DNA of 64,000 bases from Eledone cirrhosa (Eukaryota). The notes below the pieces were generated by a model. That model did no database searches and was not told the DNA's origin. It saw only the letters and a list, made by a program, of their open reading frames with translations. Each line of letters begins with the position of its first letter. The first letter of the stretch is position 1. Shown here piece by piece: positions 57,351 to 64,000 of the stretch. The stretch is taken from NCBI GenBank assembly GCA_964016885.1, contig OZ024741.1:355756001-355820000 (forward strand). The letters are read 5' to 3'. The position numbers and the translations under genes are program-made.

Positions 57351-58736
57351 GTATGTATTTATATACGTATATATGTATGTATGTATTTATATACGTATAT
57401 ATGTATGTATGTATTTATATACGTATATGTATATGTATGTATTTATATATATATATGTATATGTATGTATTTATATATATATATGTATGTATGTGTTTAT
57501 ATATATATGTATATATATATGTACGTATATATATATGTATGTATATATATATATATATATATGTATGTATATATGTATGTATATATATATATATATGGGC
57601 CCAGCACTATGTGTCAATAGTTGTCACAAGTGTAGTGTTTGTACCAGAGTTTTCAAGTCGCTGGCTGGACTAAAAAGTCACACTCGTTCAGCGCATCGGT
57701 AGGAGTTCTCCTACATGGATATAAAGTAGTGGCCATACTCGAAAACGAGTTGGCAGCCACCATGTATGTATAGATGGATGGATGCATGAATGTATGTATG
57801 GATGTATGGAAAGATGTTTGTATGTATGGATGTATGGATAGGTGGATGGACGTATGGCTGAATGGCTGGATGGATGGACCTCTAACTCCTGGCAGAGTTG
57901 TAGGTGCGCCGTAGTGACATAAGGTGTGTTTTGGGGCAGAACTCATCCTCTCTCAATGGCTAAACAGTCGATTTCTTCTGAAGGAGAGAGAGAGGGGGAG
58001 GGGTGAGAGAGAGGGGGGTGAGAGAGAGGGGGGTGAGAGAGAGGAGGGAGGAAATTATCCTAGTACTAGAGTGATAAATTTTTTTCTCAACGTTGAAAGG
58101 ATGAAAGGTAAAATTGAACTAGACCAGATTTGAACTCAGAGCAAAGAGAGCAGGAACGAACACGGCAAAGCATTCTATCCGCCGTTCTAAATACACCAAT
58201 TCGCCGCCTGCTTAAGTACAATCTTTTTCGGCTGACCCCGATAGTATAAAAGGTCAAGAAATAGAACTTACATAATTAACACCACGTAAAGTTTGTTATT
58301 ACTTCATGGTCCTGGTGAACAGAATGGTTAATGTGTTACACCGGAAGACAGCAAGAGAGATTCATTCGAAACACACACACACACAAAACCAAAGAAGCAG
58401 TACACTTTGTGGAAGATGGTTTCTGCGAAAACGAAACCAACAAAATGAAAGTAAAGAAAAAGAAAAAAAATGAGAGGATGGGGATAACTTCCAGCACCAA
58501 ACAATCATCAACATCAACATTAACAACAGCATTAATATGCAGAAAAACAAAACAAAGTAAAAAAACTATTGAAGTGTTATTTACCTAACTAATTATTATA
58601 CAAGACGTCTGCTCCCCGAATATAAAATATACCGGAATACGACATTGCGGTTGGCAATGATATGTTATATATATATATACGTTGTTGCACTGTGGATTAT
58701 CTAGTTCAAGGTTTACTACTGTTACTTCCCATAAAT

Positions 58737-58738
58737 AT

Positions 58739-58806
<68 letters not shown>

Positions 58807-59300
58807 ATATTACTACCACCACCATCACAACCCCAACCCCCATCACAACCATAACCATCACCATCACAACCCCCACCACCACAATCATAACCACCACCAC
58901 CACCACCATCACCATCACCACCATCACCACAATCACCACCAGAACCATAAGTATCACCACCACCATCACCACCACAACCATAAGTATCACCATCACCATC
59001 ACTACCACCATCACCATTACCACCACCATAACCACTAACACCCCACCCCACTACAATTACCACCATCACCACGCCGCAACCATCACCACCACAACCACCA
59101 CCACCATAACCACCACCACCATCACAGTAGCCACCACCATCACCACAAAACCACCACCACCACCACCACCACAACAACCACCACCACAACCACCAGTACA
59201 AAGACCACCACCACCACCACCACCACCACAACCACCACCAAAATCACCACCACCACCACCACCACCCCACCACCACAACCACCTCCACCAACACCATCAA
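58737..59300. repeat. (ACT)n followed by a degenerate (ACC/ATC)n trinucleotide tract
   Basis: Direct inspection. Confidence 0.95.
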
Positions 59301-59453
59301 CCTACCAGCCAGCCAGTTAGAAGCAGCCAGTCAGCCAACCAGCCAATCGACAAATCTTTCATTTAATGTTTTATTCTGTGCATGTCTCTCTACTGCGGTC
59401 TGATATGTTACTTAATACTTCCAAGCGCTCTTTTCTCCATTGATCCTTTCTCT

Positions 59454-59517
<64 letters not shown>

Positions 59518-60161
59518 ATCCTTCTCACTCTCCTCTTGATAACTTCAGCCTTCGATCACTCCCCTACACTCTCTCGCTCCCTCACTCTCTTTCGCTCATC
59601 CAGTCTCCCCCCCCCACTATCTATCGCCCCCCCCCCCCTCACTCTCTCTCGCTCCCCTACTCTCTCTCGCTCTCCCAACACTCTCTCGGTCCCCCCTCTT
59701 TCTCATAAACATCTGAGCACGCACCTGTTTGTCACTGATACACATTTTACGCGCACTGACTGTCACTCAATTTCAAAATATACTCTCCCCTCATACACGG
59801 TTACTTTCACAATACGTTCATACGCTACACCTTTTACTCAAACACACACACACCCTCATTCACATTGATTCCTTTTCTATATACACCAACCCTCTCATAT
59901 TCTCGACACTTTTTACCTGTATATTCTCATTTTCATATGTTTTTCTCTCTCTCGATATCTCGTTCCCTTTGCACACACACACACACAGAACCCCCCCCCC
60001 CCCACATACATATGTATATATACATTGCGCATGCCACATTGCAAACATCAACTTGGTAAACACTCTAAGAAAGGTTTTGTTCCTTAAAAGTTCATTCCAT
60101 AATTCATTGAGTGAGTAATGGCTGCAAGCGAGATTATAGTTGATACTATAACCTCGTCAAC

Positions 60162-60201
<40 letters not shown>

Positions 60202-60204
60202 GTA

Positions 60205-60257
<53 letters not shown>

Positions 60258-60609
60258 TGTTTGTGATGAAACTTGACACGTGTGTGGGGCTTATACCCAT
60301 TTGATTTCTTACGTATATTTCATTTTAATCAAAGGGCTCCCCGGGGGTTCTAACCCCCGCTGAGAAGTCACAAACAAGCTATAAGCAGAGTAGGATGGAC
60401 AGAGAAAAGAAACTCTCTTCTCTGAATGAACATGTATGTGAAAATTAATTTTTCTTCCCCTTTTTATTTTCATTTTTATTATTATTATTATTGCCGAGGT
60501 TAACTTTGCCTTTCATCCTTCCGGGGTCGATAGAATAAAGTACCAGTAATGCATTGGGTAATTGCTGGCCTTGTGCCAAAAGTAGAAACAATTATTATTA
60601 TTATTGTTG

Positions 60610-63600
60610 ATGAAGCCACGCTTCTTATCGCCTCCAGTTTTTTTCAACGTTTTACCTCGTTTTCAACCGTTCTAAACCTTTTATTCAAGTTTTAAATTTG
60701 ATAAAAGCTTAGAAGAAGTGACCCACCTAATACAGGGGTTCACTAGTAAATAATACGGCACCCCTTTACGGGGTGTCGTATTCGTATTTGTGTAAAAAAA
60801 TTTTTTTTTTTAATTTCAACATGGATAACACAAGAAAGAGAGAGAGAGAGAGAGCGCTGTCAGACAACACAGAGAGAAGGAGACTTTATCAGTATGTCAA
60901 CAAGACAGCGTTCCAGCGGAGGTAAATATAAACGAAAATATTACAAAGGAAAAAAAAGATTGTTACAGATTTAAAATTAATAAATATTTCTAACACAAAC
61001 AACACCAACAATAACACCAACAACAACACCATCAATAACAACAACAACAACAAAAATAACAGCGGTAAAGTCGAGAACGACAATAACAAACATAACAGCG
61101 GTAAGGTCGAGAACGACAATAAGAATGACAATAACAACAGCCACAACAACAATAATAGTAGGAACAGTATCAACAAAAACAACAATAATAACAACAGCCA
61201 CAATAACAGTAACAACAGCAACAGTATCAACGAAAACAACAACAACAACACCAACAACTGTACCAACGAAAACAACAACAATGACACCGATACCTGTAAT
61301 AGCGATCTCAGCACCACCAGTAAGACCAGTAGCGGCAGCAATAGTGGTGCTGCTGAAAAAGGGACCACTTCTTTTGCAGGTGTCGCCCGAAATATCGAGA
61401 CAGTGTTAGTCACAGAGGAGGAGATGGCAGTCGCAAGGTGACAAGAAGCGCAAATAGAGTTTCCCTGAAACCTCCACCCGATTTTTTCAAGGACCAGCAG
61501 CTACGGACGGTGACTTACTGCACCGTAAGCAAAATCTCACATCGAGTGGAGAGAGCCACGGAGGCTCAAATCCAAAAGGCCTTGGGGTGCGTCTGGGCAC
61601 GCAAAACCCACATCACCCGAGGCAGAAAGTACGCCACAGCAGACGTACTCCCCCCCCCCCCCAGGAAGCAAAGTCTCACTCTTTGGAAACCCTAAAGAGT
61701 GAGGAGATAGTCTTGGTGCCCTCCTACTGCGGGCAGAAAATTGTGAGGGTCAAAGTGACCCAGGTCCCACCCGACGTGCCCATACCTTGGCTGGCCGCGT
61801 CTGTCCTTGCTGGAATCGAGAACAGGGCGACCATGCTGCAAGTAGAAAAAATAGGGAGAGAGAACTGGTCAGGTATAGGCATGCAAATGCTTATACAAAC
61901 TGACCAGGAATGTATCGACGCTATCCCCGATATCATAGACTTTGAGGAAGGACTCCAACTCCCTATAAGTGTAGAAGGAAGACGGCCAAAATGTTATCTC
62001 TGTGGGTCGAAGGGTCTTTTTCCTGCAGAAGACAGCGAAGAAGGCCCCTCTCCTTCCAATACCTGGTCCGCTGCTACCAAGAGCAGGGCAGGCAACAAAC
62101 GAAGAAGCCCCTTCCATGGTGAGTAGGAGGGCAATGTCCGTAGCACCCGTACCAAGGCCACGGACAACTAAAGCAGCATCATCAGTTGCGACAACACCAA
62201 GAGCTACATTTGAAGTAGCTACACCAGCAACAAAATTGCCGAAGAGGGCTCCACTACCACCACCAACAGCCGTGGAGCACATACCCCTCCCAGTCGCCAC
62301 AGAATCCGACATGGAGTTTGTGGCGGGAGTGAAGTGGCAAACGGTCTGCCACAAAAAAGAAAAAAGAAAAAAAACCCTTAGATTCACCCTCCAAAAGCGA
62401 AGGCATACAAAGAGGGGTAAAGGCAGCAAGGAAACTTGCAGCAACACCACCACCACCATCATGACCACAAACACCAACAACGCAAACACAACAAGACACA
62501 CACACCAAACAGCAACAAGAAGAAAACAGCAACAAAATCACCCCTCCCGCCAAAAAGTACACAGCCATAAACATCGCAAAAAAAGAACTCATACAATATA
62601 TAATGCAGCACACAACAATCACAGAAAAAAACTACTACACCCCACCAACACCAAGAACTCTCCCGACAAACATAAGCATCATCGAAATCTCAATAGTACA
62701 AACCTTTAAAACAAAAATTCCCCAACGCAGTTGAAGACCTCAGAGGGTCGGTTACCAAGAGGATATACATTGACATCCTCTTGGAAACACCCATGACCAG
62801 CCAAAGGGACGGTTCTACTGTCCCTTCACCACACGAACAAGGTAAGTGACCCTTTCTCACTTGCCCCCTTTCTCATCCAACATGGTTGTACTCAGAATAG
62901 GCAGTATAAATGCACGTGGCCTGGGGTCATCTTGGAAGCAGGGTCACCTGCTCAATGACCTCAGGTCACTAAACATAGATGTGGTGGCCATCAGTGAAAC
63001 CAGAATCTCCGAAGCACAAGCCTCCGCACCGATCTTCGGCGGCTACGATGTATACGCATCTCCCAGCCGTCCAGCATCGGAGGTGGAGTTGCCGTCCTTT
63101 TTCGGAGAGGCTTGGATCTCGCGATACGGGCCATCTTCCTGGACCCAGAAGGTAAGTCGGTGGTGCTGGACGTGACCGGCAGAGAAGGCAATGCTTTCAG
63201 GCAGGAGGCTGTCTACGCTCCAACAGGGGCAAGACGGCCAGATTTCTTCAGACATCTAGAGACCTTTCTTGGAACGTCCCGCTCTTTAGTGTTAGTGGGC
63301 GACTGGAACGGTATCTTGGATGCGCGCTGGGATCGTGTGGGGCTAGTGGATAGGGGAGGAGGGTGCAAGAGCCTCACCAACCTGCTCAGACGTTTTGAAC
63401 TGTCTGACAGGTATCGACTGGATCACCCGAATGTGCCAATGTGGACATGGACAAACCGTATCGGGTCATCCAGATTGTATCTCGATAGGGTATTCTGCAG
63501 AGAACTAGATAAGGCTAGTATAAGTTGTCCACAATTTAAAATAGTCGACTACACAGACCACACATTTGTGATCTGTGAGATCGACATAGACAGACTTCAT

Positions 63601-64000
63601 AGACAAGGGCCTGGTTACTGGAAGCTGAACGCGTCTTTCCCGGCGCGCAAGGCCTACAGAGACCGGATTAGCGTATAAGTTAAGCGGGGGTTGACGGGAG
63701 AGGTTGTCAACCACAGGTGGTGGTTCGCCCTGAAAAGGGCAATTAAAGTAGAATCGATTAGGTTTAGCAAAGGAGTAGTGATAGAGGAAAATAGAGTAGA
63801 GGGAGAGCTAGTCAGAAAGCTAGAAGAGACGTTTAGGACCGGCATCGCAACCGGCGTGCTTGCGGCGAGATTGGCACTCGACCAATTCTTCAACGCAAAA
63901 CACGAAGGCTGCGGTGTCAGAGCTAGAGCGCGTGCTCTGAAACACGAGGGGACAAAAGCCGTCCAATGGGCCCGGGTGGCAGAGGTGCGACGTGGCAACA
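60610..64000 (+). mobile_element. 5' portion of a Tx1/L1-like LINE: 5' UTR, frameshifted ORF1 and ORF2 APE endonuclease from 62882; runs off the window
   Basis: ORF1 VEGRRPKCYLCGSKG (truncated knuckle); ORF2 SINARGL, AISETR, VYAP, GDWN, WTW, LDR, TDH, GYWKLN; several frameshifts. Confidence 0.9.

Noticed and set aside
58662-59366. 234-aa Thr/Pro-rich mucin-like ORF
   Set aside because: Trinucleotide low-complexity tract open in several frames on both strands; no supporting domain or splice evidence

Overview
Repeat-dense, AT-rich animal DNA, most likely an octopod cephalopod judging from the tRNA-derived SINE families and the mix of R4/Dong, RTE, Tx1, CRE, CR1 and Penelope-like retroelements (taxon is inference). 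The only host gene visible is an SLC22/organic-cation-transporter-like MFS gene on the minus strand. It has exons at 3607-3399 and 3146-2916, continues off the window's left edge, and has two paralogous 139-nt first coding segments (32426-32288 and 12395-12257) that are both phase-compatible with the one downstream exon. The rest is transposon-derived. Highlights: (1) the duplicated first exon, one copy with ATT in place of ATG; (2) about ten hammerhead-ribozyme motifs from several Penelope-like repeat families, including an intact minimal one, a variant core and one with a giant stem II; (3) stacked R4/Dong elements that all end in (TACA)n; (4) Tx1-like elements whose 3' ends abut ATCTAT at Helitron-like 5' termini; (5) self-nesting SINE chains; (6) a ~213-bp essentially perfect inverted repeat. 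Most ORFs in the supplied track are microsatellite artefacts. Coordinates of degenerate repeats are approximate.
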